Source of the DNA: Psammoneis japonica
Lineage: Eukaryota
DNA length: 64,000 nucleotides
Reading direction: 5' to 3'
Assembly: GCA_008632985.1 (NCBI GenBank)
Contig: QPGO01000073.1
Coordinates: 62,001 to 126,000, forward strand
The notes beneath the pieces are model-generated. The model searched no databases. It was not told where the DNA came from and saw nothing but the letters and a program-made list of their open reading frames with translations. The translations under genes were made by a program, and so were the position numbers. Positions 1-12,156 of this stretch are shown here, one piece after another (positions within the stretch are counted from its first letter, which is position 1; each line of letters begins with the position of its first letter).

Positions 1-1251
1 TGTCCACAGGCAAGGATGGATGTACGGCGCCGAATGGTGTAATCCTGTACTTCGAGGGTCTCGATTGTTCGGGTAAATCAAGCACCGGCGGTTTGATTCA
101 ACAAGCACTCGCAGATGCAGGGTTTGAAGTTTCAATGGAGCAGTACAATAGGCCGCCCACGGAAGAGCAGAAGCGACACGAATGGATGTGGCGATTTGCA
201 TTACCCAAGACGGAAGCGGGGAGTGACGAAGATGGCGATGACTGTACCGGTCATCGCCACCGAGCTGTTGTTTGGGACCGCGGCCCCGCTGGTGACTTTG
301 TCTACGGCGCTCTGACGACGGCACCGGAATCGGTAAAGCGTGAGCGATGTAAGTCGGACTCATTCCTATCTATCGCGATGCAACTGTGCCCTTGGGGTAT
401 TAAAGACTCGCTTTCTTACCAACACCCCGCCTCTCTTTGCACACTACACAGACCGCGAGTTCATGGAGTTCGACGCGGAATGTTTCAGGAACAACATTCT
501 TTTCATCAAGTTGATGTTTGTAACAAACCGGGACTCCATTGCCAGCACCCTAGGAAAGCGTCTCGCGCAGAGAATGATGGTCAAGGATCTTCGCACGTGG
601 TTAAAGGCTAGTCACGGTGGCGAATTGGCCAACACTGACGTTCCCATGGAGGGTCTGGACTTTATCGACATGCACATTGATCCAACCGATGTACGTACGA
701 TTGTTACTCCTGTCAATGCCAATATTTTGTATTTTGCTGCGTGTCTGATATTGCTGACTTGATTTTCCTACCGTTTCGTTTGAAAGTTTGTTGCATTCAA
801 CATGTACCAGAAAAATCTTCACAAGTTCGTCAACTTTGCGCTCAATACAGACACGGAGTCCAACCCGTGGATTGTGGTGAATACTAGCGATCGTTTCTCG
901 GCGCGGAAGCAACTGCTACGAGTGTTTGAAGCCCAGCTCAATGCTTACGCAAGTGCTAAACGGGCAGGAATGAGTAGATGCTTTGGCCTGCTTCCGCCCG
1001 CGGCGGAGGAGTCTGGTACGGTGACTCACGAAACTCCTGGTATCACGGAAGCAGAAATGATTGAGAGAAAGATCAAGAAGGGTCTGTCGATGGGCACGGT
1101 TCTAGCGCTCACAGGTCTCTTGCTTCTTGTGTTTTACTATTGTGAGAATACAGTCTTCTTTGAAAACGCGACGAGATTCTTTGAACACCTCAACGGGCCT
1201 TCTGATACCGAGTCGCAAGATAGCACGCCCGGGTTGGAAGTGGATGGATAA
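1..1251 (+). CDS. Polyphosphate kinase 2 (PPK2)-family protein with C-terminal hydrophobic segment; 5' end lies outside the window; probably two short introns (~340-440, ~700-800)
   Basis: Frame upstream of ORF 93 reads VILYFEGLDCSGKSSTGG (PPK2 Walker A-like). It is followed by RPPTEEQKRHEWMWRF, VVWDRG, FIKLMFVT and NTDTESNPWIVVNTSDRFSAR, all matching PPK2 motif order. The hydrophobic stretch VLALTGLLLLVFYY lies near the end. Confidence 0.75.
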
Positions 1252-1836
1252 GATTTCTTTGGGTGGTTTATGCGTTGCTTGCTTTGTTTGAGGGGAAGTC
1301 AATCCCATGATCCCCCCTCTGTGTTTACCAAGCATTTGGAGTGATTTTTGTTTTGAAATTTGTGGTGGCTCATGCTCTGTACGAAGGAAACGGTTGCCTC
1401 ATAGCGGCCCCTTTTGTAATGTACACAGCAAGAAATCTCTAAGCCTCGGTTGTGTAGTGTAATGTCTGTACCAGTGTGTTTATAATGAAACGGTGATGTT
1501 CTTTAATCGGCACGCTCCCTCTCTCTAGCCCCAGTAGTAGAGGTGATTAAGCTGCAACACTATTGCAGCGCCGCCGCGACTGCTCCCCACACCTACACGA
1601 TTCTTGAAATGCCGTCCTACCTATCATCATTCTTCAGAATACAGCGACACTATTAAGGTGCGATAGTTGCTTTTTTAAAAATACGGCACCATCTCTAGAG
1701 AGAGAGGTGAGTTAGATTCAAAGGTATTTCACTATCTCCTCGACTGCTCTCTAGAAAAGCTCGTAGGCCACAAACACCACGCCAATGATATCTTTTGAAA
1801 TCTTTGAAACAACACATGTTGATTTACTCCTGTTTC

Positions 1837-2718
1837 TTAGCAACAATCACCAGCGCCAGTGGAAATTGTTGACGATTGTTGATGCCGCAAGTCAATTGGA
1901 TCTTGCTCTGGTGGAATAAATAACTGTGGCTGCATTCGCTTCCTCTTTTCCTCCTGTACTAGCGCAAGACTTGCCGCTTGATAAAACGCTTCTTCCACGT
2001 TGACAGCGGACTTGGCACTCGTTTCATAATGAGGCAAACTATGAAAAGTCGGCACGCCGCCAGCTAGTCCACCAGACGCTGCCTTGGCGCACCATTCATC
2101 GGCTCGTTCTTTCGGAACCAGTCTATCCGATTCCTTATAAAAGACATTAGCCATAGAATACAAGCGTAAGAACAATAATCTCGGGCACATAATTTTTTAC
2201 AGGCAACATACCGTATTCTCACCTTATCTACCTTGTTACCAAGAACGACAAAGGGAAACGAGTTGTCTCCAAGCAAGCCTCCTACATTGTTTAGAAATTC
2301 TGTCCGCCAATGGTCCAAGTTATCCAGAGAACCAGGATCCGTAATGTCATAAACCAGAATCACAGCATCGGCTCCCCTGTAAAAGCCGACTCCCAAACTC
2401 TGAAAACGCTCTTGGCCTGCGGTATCCCAAATCTGAAGCGTCGCCACTCGTCGTTGCCCAAACTGATCCGTCACAACAATTTCCTTTGTGAGAAAATCTG
2501 CTCCGATTGTGGCCTTGTATTGACCCGTAAATTTGCCCGTGCTATAACGATTCATCAAGGACGTCTTTCCGACCCTGGGCGAACGAGAAACAAAAAACAT
2601 ATTTCAGATAAGATGCAGCCCCGCATATCATCTGAACAACCAGCGCAGAGCATAGTACATACCCAGAGTCCCCAAGCAGAATAATTTTGAGCATTTGCTT
2701 CTTTGGGCGAGACGACAT
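1837..2718 (-). CDS. RAB7: Rab7-family small GTPase, 3 exons (2718-2663, 2574-2223, 2133-1837)
   Basis: [62 protein letters not shown] and C-terminal CC prenylation motif. GT-AG introns restore the frame. Confidence 0.92.
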
Positions 2719-2949
2719 GGTTCAGAGCAGTTGCAGTGGAAGGTTGCTGCGTGTTTCAGTTTGTTGTCGTGTTGCGTTGCCGCTTTACTGTATTATTGTG
2801 CGGCAAAACTCCAAGAGGCAACCGCAGGCAGGCGAGTTCTGCGCGAGCGACGCGAAGCGAAGATGAAGAGCGAGCTCGCACTCTTTTTCTGGTCTCACTG
2901 ACGAAACTCCTCATCTTCTTTTGCAAAAACCATGAAGAAATTAAACCAT

Positions 2950-5900
2950 CGACAGCACTGTCAAGCCACTGCCAAAGCGAGACCACAGCACATGTCATGC
3001 TGTCAAAGCTTGCTTTTGCCCTCTCCACTGGCCACTGGACTGGCTGGGGCAACTGCGCACTCAAAAACGGCGAGCATGTGGTGGACACCAAGAATCTTTG
3101 CCAAGTGCACAGATGGGGCACTGAGTGCTCAGCCGCAAACACTGGCAACATGCAAAGCACAAGCTGCTGTGGTTTTTCTCCCCCAAGAGCACATTGTGGC
3201 CAGCATCTCTCTTGCTGTGTGCTGTGGCACCTCGTGCAAAAGCACTTGCGCTGCATTTTGCTGCTGCGCACGAAGTGAAAAACGAACATTTCCACAAACA
3301 AAGTGACCCCAGAGTGTCACTCCCTTGGCAACAAAAGCCAGTGTTGAGAGAACACACATGAAACACTCATGAGTGTGATGGACTCCTCATCAGAGCAGAG
3401 TGTGTTGCTTGAAGCACCACAGGAACCTTGTGCACGACAATCAAAACGCCCAGCAGTTGCTCCAGACTGTCACAAACCAAATGGAGTGAAAGCATCAATC
3501 ATGCGTTGACCACATCCACAGTTGTTTCACCAAGTGATGAATTTTTGAGTGTCTGAGAAATGGAAAAATGACCATTCACAGCTCTGCTCACATTTTGAAA
3601 GAGATCATGTGAACTTTGAATCATCCAGAAAAGGGCGAGTGCAGCCAACAACTGCAGCAACTGTCTGTTTTCTCTGATTTGAACAAAACACAATGACAGC
3701 TTTGTTTGATTGTTTTGCTTTTGCCATGTTGCATCACATGTGGTTGGATTGACGACCCCTCAATGCTGGCTCTTGTTGCTGTGCATGCATTCATCTGCTT
3801 GCACTTGTCTTTGTTGGCATGCCAGCTGGTGCCCTGGTGTTCATGGCAACAATGCAAAGTTTGCTTGAACTGCTCACATTGTTTGCTCAACTTTTCATTG
3901 TTGATCAGGTTGCAATTGGCACAAATGTCCTTGTCTCAAAAAATGAAGCACAGCAAGTTCAACACTGAAATGGGTTGAGGATGGGAGCAAACAAGTGCTT
4001 TCTGCTCCAATGTGAGATCTGCGCCCCAGTCAACAATCCAGTTGTCAACATGTTGCAGGGCAACAGCCAAATCAACTTGCCCAAACAATTCTCCAAAAGA
4101 CACAGCCAAGTTTGTTCTTCTCAACAAATTGAGCTGCCTTTTGTCCACCAAATTTTGATTGTAGACTGGAGTGCACAAGCTCATCTTGACCTTCTGGCAC
4201 AGATTCATGGCTGTTCCCCAGGCTGCTGGCCAGTCAAATCCAAATTGAGGAAGAAGCTCAAACAGCCACACCTTCTCATTCACTGCAGTTGCACATGCAC
4301 ATGTGCAAGAGTTCTGCCTTGCGCTTGCCTTCAATCAGCTTGGTCAGAAAATCAACCCTGTTGCTTCTGGCTGCATCCCCATGTTTGATCATCACATGTG
4401 TGGCCAAAAGTGCACAGTGCTGGCAATGAATTCAGGACATCCAAGCAGATTGTCACAGCTGCAATCAAAGCCAAAGGCATCCTCAGGATTGCTGACACAT
4501 GGAATCTTGAAGTCTCCCATCATCACTCTTGTTTGCAAGCACGCACATCTGTTTGGCAGATGGGATGCTTTCAGCTTGGCTTCATTGTTGCCATCAGCTG
4601 ACCTTTTTTGTGTTTGTTTGTCATGGTTGCCCACATTCTTGTCACAAACTCAGGTCTGGAATCTGCCACATGCTGCTGTTGGCAACAAAAAATGGTGCAG
4701 CAGGTTCAGGACATGTTGCAACCTTCTTGCCACTCCGTCACATCATGGGTGAATCTGTTGATCTGGAAGTGGTTGAGTTCTCAACACTGGATTACAACAT
4801 GCTGCTTTTGCTCCTGCTGCCAAAAGAAGAGAGCATGTCAACAACAGCCTGCTCTGCCTTTTGTTTTGCTTCAAAAGCAAGGGTTTGAAGCAAGCAAAAC
4901 CATGAGACAGCAAGTGGAGAAGAGCAAATTTTGCTCTCAAGCAGAGGTGAGAATGGAGCCATCCATGAGTTCCTCCTCAAGACATGCAAGCATGTTGTGC
5001 CACCCTCAGCACTGACAATGGCAGCAACAACAATGTGAAACTTGGCATTTTTCTTAACCTCCAGCTCAAGTGATGTCATTGCGTGGCACTGCAAAATTTG
5101 ATGAAAGAGTTGCTGCACCCCACAACCAAATTGCAGTGCAAACGTTTCTCTTGTGAGTGGCAAGAAACATTTCTGGCAAGTGGTGGCTGAGACACACATC
5201 TGGTGAGTGGCAAGAAATGTTTCTAGCCAGACTGCCATTCAGAAAAAATCTGGTGAGTGGTTGAGACATTTCTCTGGCAAGTGGTGAGAAACATCTCTGG
5301 TCAGTGACAAGAAACACTTCTGGTGAGTGGCAAGAATTGTTTTGGTTGAGTGGTGAGAAACATTTTTGGCAAGTGGTGCTGAGAAACCTTTTTGGTGAGT
5401 GGAAAGAAAAAATTCAGGCAAGTGGTGAGAAACATTTCAGGTGAGTGGCAAGAAATGTTTCTGGCAAGTGACAAGAAGTGTTTCTTGTGAGTGGCTGAAA
5501 ATGAGTTGCATTTCTGGCAAGTGGTGAGAGCGCTTCTGATGAGTGGCGAGAGATGTTTCTCTGGTCAGTGGTGAGAAATGTTCTGGCAAGTGGTGCAAAA
5601 TGTCTTCATTCAGTGGTGAGAGACATTTCTGGTGATTGGTGGGAGTTGCATTTCTGGCGAGTGGCGAGAAACATTTCTGGAGAGCGGGGCGAGAAATGTT
5701 CCTGGAGAGTGGCAGCAAGAAACATTTCTGGTGAGCAGAGAGGAACATTTTAGGTCATTGATGAGAAATGCTTCTGGTGAGTGGTGAGAAACACCTCTTG
5801 CCAGCGGCGAGAAACATTTCTGGCTGGAGCATTTTTTGGGGAGTGGCGAGAAACTGTCCTTTTGATGCAGGTCCAAGTGATCAACAATGGCTCAGATCTC

Positions 5901-6260
5901 ACCTGGACAAAGCACTTGCAGTGCACAAGAGAAAGCAAACAAGTGCCAAATGTTGATCTCTGCCCCTCTTTTGTTTGACCTTCCAGCCCACAAACCTGCC
6001 AGCACGCAGCATGCGCAGAGGACATCCTGGAAAAAGGCAAACTCACGAACGACAGCTCATCACTCCTGCAAGCAATGACATCAACACAACTCTGAAAACA
6101 ACAAAAATGATGCACAACAAAGTCTCGGCCTGCAGTGAGAGTGAGGTAGACTCCACCTGTCACCTGCCTGTGTCACTCTTGCTGTTCACATCTGTCGCAT
6201 GTTGTGGTGTCGCAAAGCACACGGTCAATCCCAGGACGGAAGGACAGACACAAAGGAGTT
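2950..6260. mobile_element. Degenerate TE/repeat-derived domain A, depleted of TpA and CpG
   Basis: TA is almost absent and TG/CA is very abundant. Overlapping Cys/His-rich ORFs occur in all frames and a tandem array is present. The element family is not recognisable. Confidence 0.6.
5140..5855. repeat. Degenerate ~23-bp tandem repeat array (consensus approx. CTGGCGAGTGGCGAGAAACGTTT)
   Basis: Recurrent variants ggtgagtggcaagaaacatttct, ggcaagtggtgagaaatgtttct and ggcgagtggcgagaaacatttct. Confidence 0.85.
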
Positions 6261-6368
6261 GGCAATTCTATTTTTTGAATGTTTGTGTTGGCAATTCACA
6301 ATGGTGCGTGTCGCCGCCGCCGACGTTCAGCATTGGCATAGTTCTATTGCAAAAGCGTCCAATCTGCA

Positions 6369-7124
6369 ATGTCATCTACAGCAACAGAAGGCTGCGATAT
6401 CAAGGATAAGGTAATTCTTGTGACGGGAGCAAATCGAGGGATTGGAAAAGCCTTTGTCGACGTTTTGTTGCAGCATGAAGCGGGCAAAATCTACGCCGCA
6501 GTCCGTGACCTGGAGACGGGCAATAAGGTCTTTGCGGGAGAGGACCGTGTGGTGCCACTTTACATCGAGTTGGCCAAGCCCGAGTCAATCCAACAAGCTG
6601 CAAAGCAAGCGACCGATGTGGAAATTGTCATTAATAATGCTGGTGTGCTTACACGGACTAACCCACTTTCTCCTGACGCGGTTGCAAGCTTGCAGCACGA
6701 AATGAGTGTCAATGTGTTTGGCTTGATCTATATGGCTCAAGCGTTTGTCGATATTTTGAAAGCAAATGGAGGTGGCATCTTTGTACAGATAAACTCGGTT
6801 GCTTCTCTTCGCTGTGGGGCACCCGACGTTGGCACCTACTCGGCAAGCAAGGCCGCGGCCTACAGCATTACGCAGGCATTGAGGCAAACACTCAAAGAAA
6901 CCCGAGTTGTCAGCGTCCATCCCGGTCCGATTGATACGGATATGATAAAGGAAGCTGGATTAAGTCATTTGGCAGAACCTCCAGAGCAAGTGGCTGAAGA
7001 ACTGGTACGGGCTCTTCGAGATCCAAGTATCATGCATGTCTTTCCGGATTCAAAGAGTAAGCGGTTGGGAGAAGCTTATCAATCTTTTGCAACCGACATT
7101 ATTGAGGGACAGAGAATGTACTAG
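6369..7124 (+). CDS. Short-chain dehydrogenase/reductase (classical SDR), intronless
   Basis: TGANRGIG nucleotide-binding motif, INNAG, catalytic YSASK, VHPGPIDTDM. Confidence 0.93.
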   Translation: MSSTATEGCDIKDKVILVTGANRGIGKAFVDVLLQHEAGKIYAAVRDLETGNKVFAGEDRVVPLYIELAKPESIQQAAKQATDVEIVINNAGVLTRTNPLSPDAVASLQHEMSVNVFGLIYMAQAFVDILKANGGGIFVQINSVASLRCGAPDVGTYSASKAAAYSITQALRQTLKETRVVSVHPGPIDTDMIKEAGLSHLAEPPEQVAEELVRALRDPSIMHVFPDSKSKRLGEAYQSFATDIIEGQRMY

Positions 7125-7199
7125 AGAAAAGTTTAAGGACAGTTATTATAAAGAAGGCTATGTTCTGATTGTATTCATCATTAGACTACTCGAACGAAG

Positions 7200-9570
7200 T
7201 CAAGACCTTCTTCTATGCTGTACGGTATGCTATTCATCCCTTATGTTCTTCTATTCTTCCAAATCTTGCTCCACATATACTCCATTTGCCAAATTCCTGA
7301 CTCCTACAATCCTTTCGGTCTCAGATAGTTAAAAGAGCGGAGGTCATTTGCTTGACGAAGTCGCCCCAGCTACATTAGATAACCCCGATAAACACAGAGC
7401 GATACGTCAAGGAAAGACAAGATATAGTTCATTGTGGGTGGCACACCGCACTGAGCTTTGGTATCGAAAGAGGATTATCGCGTGTGCTCATCCAACGATG
7501 CGTGAAACGAATCCCGAATCGTGGCATGACAGTTCGATTTCACCATTTCAACGGGATCTTTGGACCAGTGGAGCACGACACCCGTCAATTAATTAAACTA
7601 AGCCATCTGCTTGTCACGCCAACCGCCGGGTATATTATAGATGAAGATTTCACCTTAGGATCTAGATCTACCGTAAGTTGCGAATCAGTTCTTAAACGAA
7701 TCGAAGAAATTTGAATTACATGCTTTTGGAATCGTTGTTTCATCGCCATGGAATAAGTGCCAGAGGCAAAAACTGTAGCAACCGCGCGCAGTCAATCACG
7801 CTTCAGAAAGGACTGATCTCTAAAGAGATTCGACAATAGTGGTATCTAGATAAAGTCTTGACTCGGAGAACGTTCACTAGCGGAATGATCAGGGGGGCTT
7901 GAGTTGCCGATGTGGCACTCATAATTATACCCGCATGGTTCTCTTTGACACTGAAAAAGTCGCACACAACAACTGACGTACATGTTTGCTTCCACCTTCA
8001 TCAAGTCAACAAGTCAAACGCGCGTCCATAAAGATCTTCTGTTTCGAAAGAATGGCGGATACGTAGGCAGTGTATCCATATGTGTGCCCGGATCGTTCGC
8101 CGGCGATGGCACAATGCCGAGCCTCGGAGAGTTGGCATGCGACATTTTTCGTCCTTTGCAGCGTCGTGAGACGTTCCCTTACCGTCATGGTCTGTTTTCA
8201 GACGGATAAGCCACTATTCTCCCGTTCGGGACATGACTGCATCGAGCAACAAGCCCACGTGCACGTCTGTCTATGACTTACCGCATGTTCATCCTGACTG
8301 CCCACATCGACCCCTAACGAGCCACCTGCACCGACTCGGACATCACAAGCAGCAAAGACGAAATCAAAATCATCACTTCGCGATCCAACCGCAAAGGCGA
8401 TGGAGAAAATCATCAAATGAGCCCAGTCAAACATTGCGCGAGTATCAACCGGTAGTCATGTGTGACTTACCATCATGATCTCTAGTCAGAAGGATAAGCC
8501 ACTCTTCTCCCGCTCGGGACATGACTGCATCGAGCAACGAACCCACGCACTAGTCTGTCTGAATTACCGCATGTGCTAATCCTGATGACTGTGCACATCG
8601 ACCCCATACGAGCGACCTGCACCATAACGGCACCCAAAAGCAAAGGCGAGATCATAATCGTCATTCGCAATCGCACCGCAAAGGGAAGAGAATCATCAAA
8701 TGGACCCCGTCAAGCATTGTCGTATCAACCGGTAGTCATCTGCGAACTGTACCACCTTTTGTCTCATTGCTGAGTTCACTCTACTCCAAAACGTTTCTAA
8801 ATCACAGACGTTAATAGCCTTGCAATACCGATACGGCAGATGATATGTAAGATGGTGATGCAACAAGACTTACAAAATCAGCCAACGTCTTCCGACTGGC
8901 TACCTACCAATTAGAATCTCGCAATTACGAGCTCCACGAAATGCCTATCGCTGTGGTCGTACGTATTGTAGGGTCAAAAGGGAGGACCGCCATCTCGATA
9001 CATTCAAACACCATAACAACATCCAAGATGCGAATTATCATCAGGACACATTCTTTGAGACTTTGTCCCGCTTTTAGAGGGCCGTATCTGAGGGCGCTTC
9101 ATTCTCTAGCCGGTCCTGGTGGTCATTCGTGGGAGGTCGTGTACCACCCTAACCAATTCCAAAAGCAACCTTCACCAGTCTTAGCCTCACCAAGCCTACC
9201 GACTGACTCCAATACCGAGTCTGAAGCATTCACAAGCCGCTGCTACCGATTTCATGCAAAGGGTTGCAGGTAGGACACCATTTCAGTCGACGTGTCTGGA
9301 TTGGCTTGCATATCCTGTCCCATCAAGTATCTATCCAGTAGGGTCATTCTCTTCAACAGTCGACGCTATTTCGCCGTCAATAGCGTCGCGTCTCGCCTGG
9401 CGCCTGGCAGTCGGAATGGGGTTGTTTTGAAAAAAAGAAAAAAGAAAGATGGGCAATGACGCATGTGTTGAAGCTTGTTCAATCTATTCATAAAAAACAA
9501 CAACAACAACAACACTTGAACGCCGAAAAGTCGCCTCAGCAACTCTCTTTTTCGGCAAAAGAGGAACATC
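7200..9570 (+). repeat. Segmental duplication copy 1 (paired with ~12157-14525); contains an internal ~285-bp tandem duplication (~8199-8480 / ~8487-8770)
   Basis: Colinear shared blocks include ccttcttctatgctgta, aaatcttgctccaca, ctgtgcacatcgaccccatacgagc, ggtcctggtggtcattcgtgg and gggcaatgacgcatgtgttgaagcttgttcaatct. Confidence 0.88.
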
Positions 9571-10424
9571 AGTGCGTAAGAATGCATGTGTTACACAACA
9601 TATGCATGTGGTGTGCAAGTAGTCTACAACCAGTTGCAGATTGTAGAACTCACCTATTCATTTGATTAGCCGACTAGATGCACCGGTCTCCTTCAAAAAT
9701 TTATAGGCCTCATTGACACACAATGGGAGCAGGCTAGAGGGATGCACTTCAAAACATTTATTAGAATGGTGCAAAGAAATGAGAAAATTGGTGGAAGCAC
9801 CATTGAGAATCGAAGTGACACTGACCTGTACTCCAGAATCGCACAGCACATTCTTTCTTTGGCAAACTTTGGGCAAACATTTCTGTGCTTAAAGCTCGAT
9901 GCTACGTAAGGATCCCACACTCTTGGCATCAATTAGAAAATTATCGTTAAGAATGAAACAAGAAACGGGGAAATCGGGGAAAGCGTCATTGAGATATCAC
10001 GCCGTAAAATTTGACACCGACGGCGCACGTGTCATTGTGTGCTCTCAGATTTGAGTTTTGTGTCGGAGGGAGTTTTTTTCTTTGTGTGTGAGTTTGGCAG
10101 TGTGCACCTTCATGTGCTCGCAGTCCCCACTGATTGTGAATGCCTGTCCATCCCCCTGCTCCTGCCAGGGGCGCGGGGGCCCCGCAATTTTCCTGTGATC
10201 GTGCCACGCAGACTCTGCGCAGCACGCAGCATGCACACCAGTGGCCCAAACACATGGGGCCCCAATCGTTCACGCGCAGTGCGGGGCCCCGCTGCGGGGG
10301 TGCCGTCTTTTTTCCAAAATCTGCCCCGCTACATCCAATGGCCTACCCGTGGCTCGCACTTCGCACTCCGCGTTGCTGTTTTGGAGTTTGGAGTTTCAAT
10401 CATCAACGCAGCAGCGAGAGCGCC

Positions 10425-11976
10425 ATGGATATCGATCCAGAACTTCTAGACTCTGATAGGAGTCCACCGCCACATCCCGTCAACATGTCTGTTGAAGAAC
10501 TTGAGCGGATTCTTCGTACCCACAAGGAAGAAGGAACACTTCCGAGATTCCTGGGTGCAAGACCATCTGATGAATATGGAGGAAATTGTTTTACTATATG
10601 GAAACGTTCTTCACTGCGCTTGTCACGATCCTGATGCTCAAAGGCAACTTGAAAAGATCAAAATGATTCTAAATGCTGCAAAGAGAGTCCACCTTGGTTT
10701 TGCACGTTTGCTGTCTTCAGAAGAAGTAATATACAACAGGGTAGGGACGGCCAGGCCCGACGATCACTGGGAAAGGGTGGTAGGGGAATGCATGACTCCG
10801 CTACGTATACTTTTACAAGACATGCGCCAGTGCAACTTGGAATCGGTGAAGCTCCTCTGCGATGCTTGGCCAGATGCTGTTTGCTATCGGCCCACAGGAG
10901 AATACTTCGAATCCACCACTCTCATCGATGTCTTCAACGGCCGTCTTGACTTCAGCGAAGAGGCTGTTGAAAAGCGCGTTGCAGTTTCCAAGATTCTTTT
11001 AGACGCGGCAGAAAAGACTATTCTTGGAGCTCGAGGTCTCGTTTCCGCAAGGCAAAATATGAGATGCGGCGCAATCAAGGAGATTGACGCTGAACCTTGG
11101 AGGGACATTCGAGAAAACCACACCGTCGTCCACATTGTCTGCTCCCGTGAGATTAATCCAGAGCGCTTCCTGCCAACGTTTCTTCAAGCTCGGCCTGGAG
11201 CACTCAAAATATGCGACGAATGCCCTGAATATCATGCATCGTTTCCTTTCCACGACCTTGCACGTTGGGGACACACACGCTTTACAAGATCGTTGGAGGC
11301 AGTTTTGTCGTACTCAACTATTGAAGCCATTGCGGTTGCGTTACTGCGAGCTTCTTTGGTGTGCCGGGTTTTCGTTTAATGCAACAATGCATTGAACAGG
11401 ATTGGAATTGCATTGAACAGGAATGGAATGTCACTACGAAGACACAAATGCAACGTCTCCTCGTCGACTACGTGCACAAGAAGGACCCGCATGGCCGTAG
11501 TCTGCTCCACTATGTGGCAGCTACCAAGCCCACGGTTTCGATATTCAGAGAACCTTCCTTGATGCTCTTGGCACGTCAAGAAGTGCGCGAAACGGTGTCA
11601 CCGTCGACGACGACAAAGACCCTTGCGACGCTGTTATTTGTGTTTTGAGAAGAAGCTTGAAACCGAGAAAGCAAAGCAGAATGAGCTCATAGACGAGGTT
11701 TGCCAGTGGATCCTTGGCATTGATCCATCCCTTGCATACGCAGTCGACAAGGACGGCATGAATCCGTTTCACTTTGCCATACGCCAAGGTAAACAGTGGG
11801 ACGATGGTCTCAAATGTCTTTCAGCGTGTGTCCCGGAGTGGCCAATGTCGCTTGAAAAGTCGAACGGTCTTTTCCCATCCTTGTTGGCGGCTTCCTCTCC
11901 AACCCCGGACCTGAACACGATTTTCGAGCTATTACGCCACAACGTTAGATCGACATTTTCTTCGTTCGGTTGTTAG
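10425..11976 (+). CDS. Ankyrin-repeat-like protein, broken by frameshifts
   Basis: Consecutive ORFs 10140/10492/11361/11623 carry ankyrin-like motifs KDPHGRSLLHYVAA, VDKDGMNPFHFAIRQG and GLFPSLLAA...DLNTIFELLR. Confidence 0.7.
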
Positions 11977-12156
11977 GTCTTCAGTGGTCGGCATGCTATG
12001 ATGAGCTCTATCTAAGTACTCTTACGTGGCTGCATTGATTCGCGCCTTGAATGATCTTTGAAAAGAGAACGGGTTGTAATTTTCTTTTATATGGCACGAC
12101 GAGCCATTATCTGTAGTTCTCCATCGGCGCTAAGAAAATAACGCTTCTTCGTAAGG

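Noticed and set aside
5140..5855. CRISPR-like array
   Set aside because: The units are contiguous degenerate repeats with no unique spacers, there are no cas genes, and the context is eukaryotic.
7200..9570. Protein-coding gene within the first segmental duplication
   Set aside because: There is no long ORF or recognisable motif in either copy. It may be an old pseudogene, but I cannot support a call.
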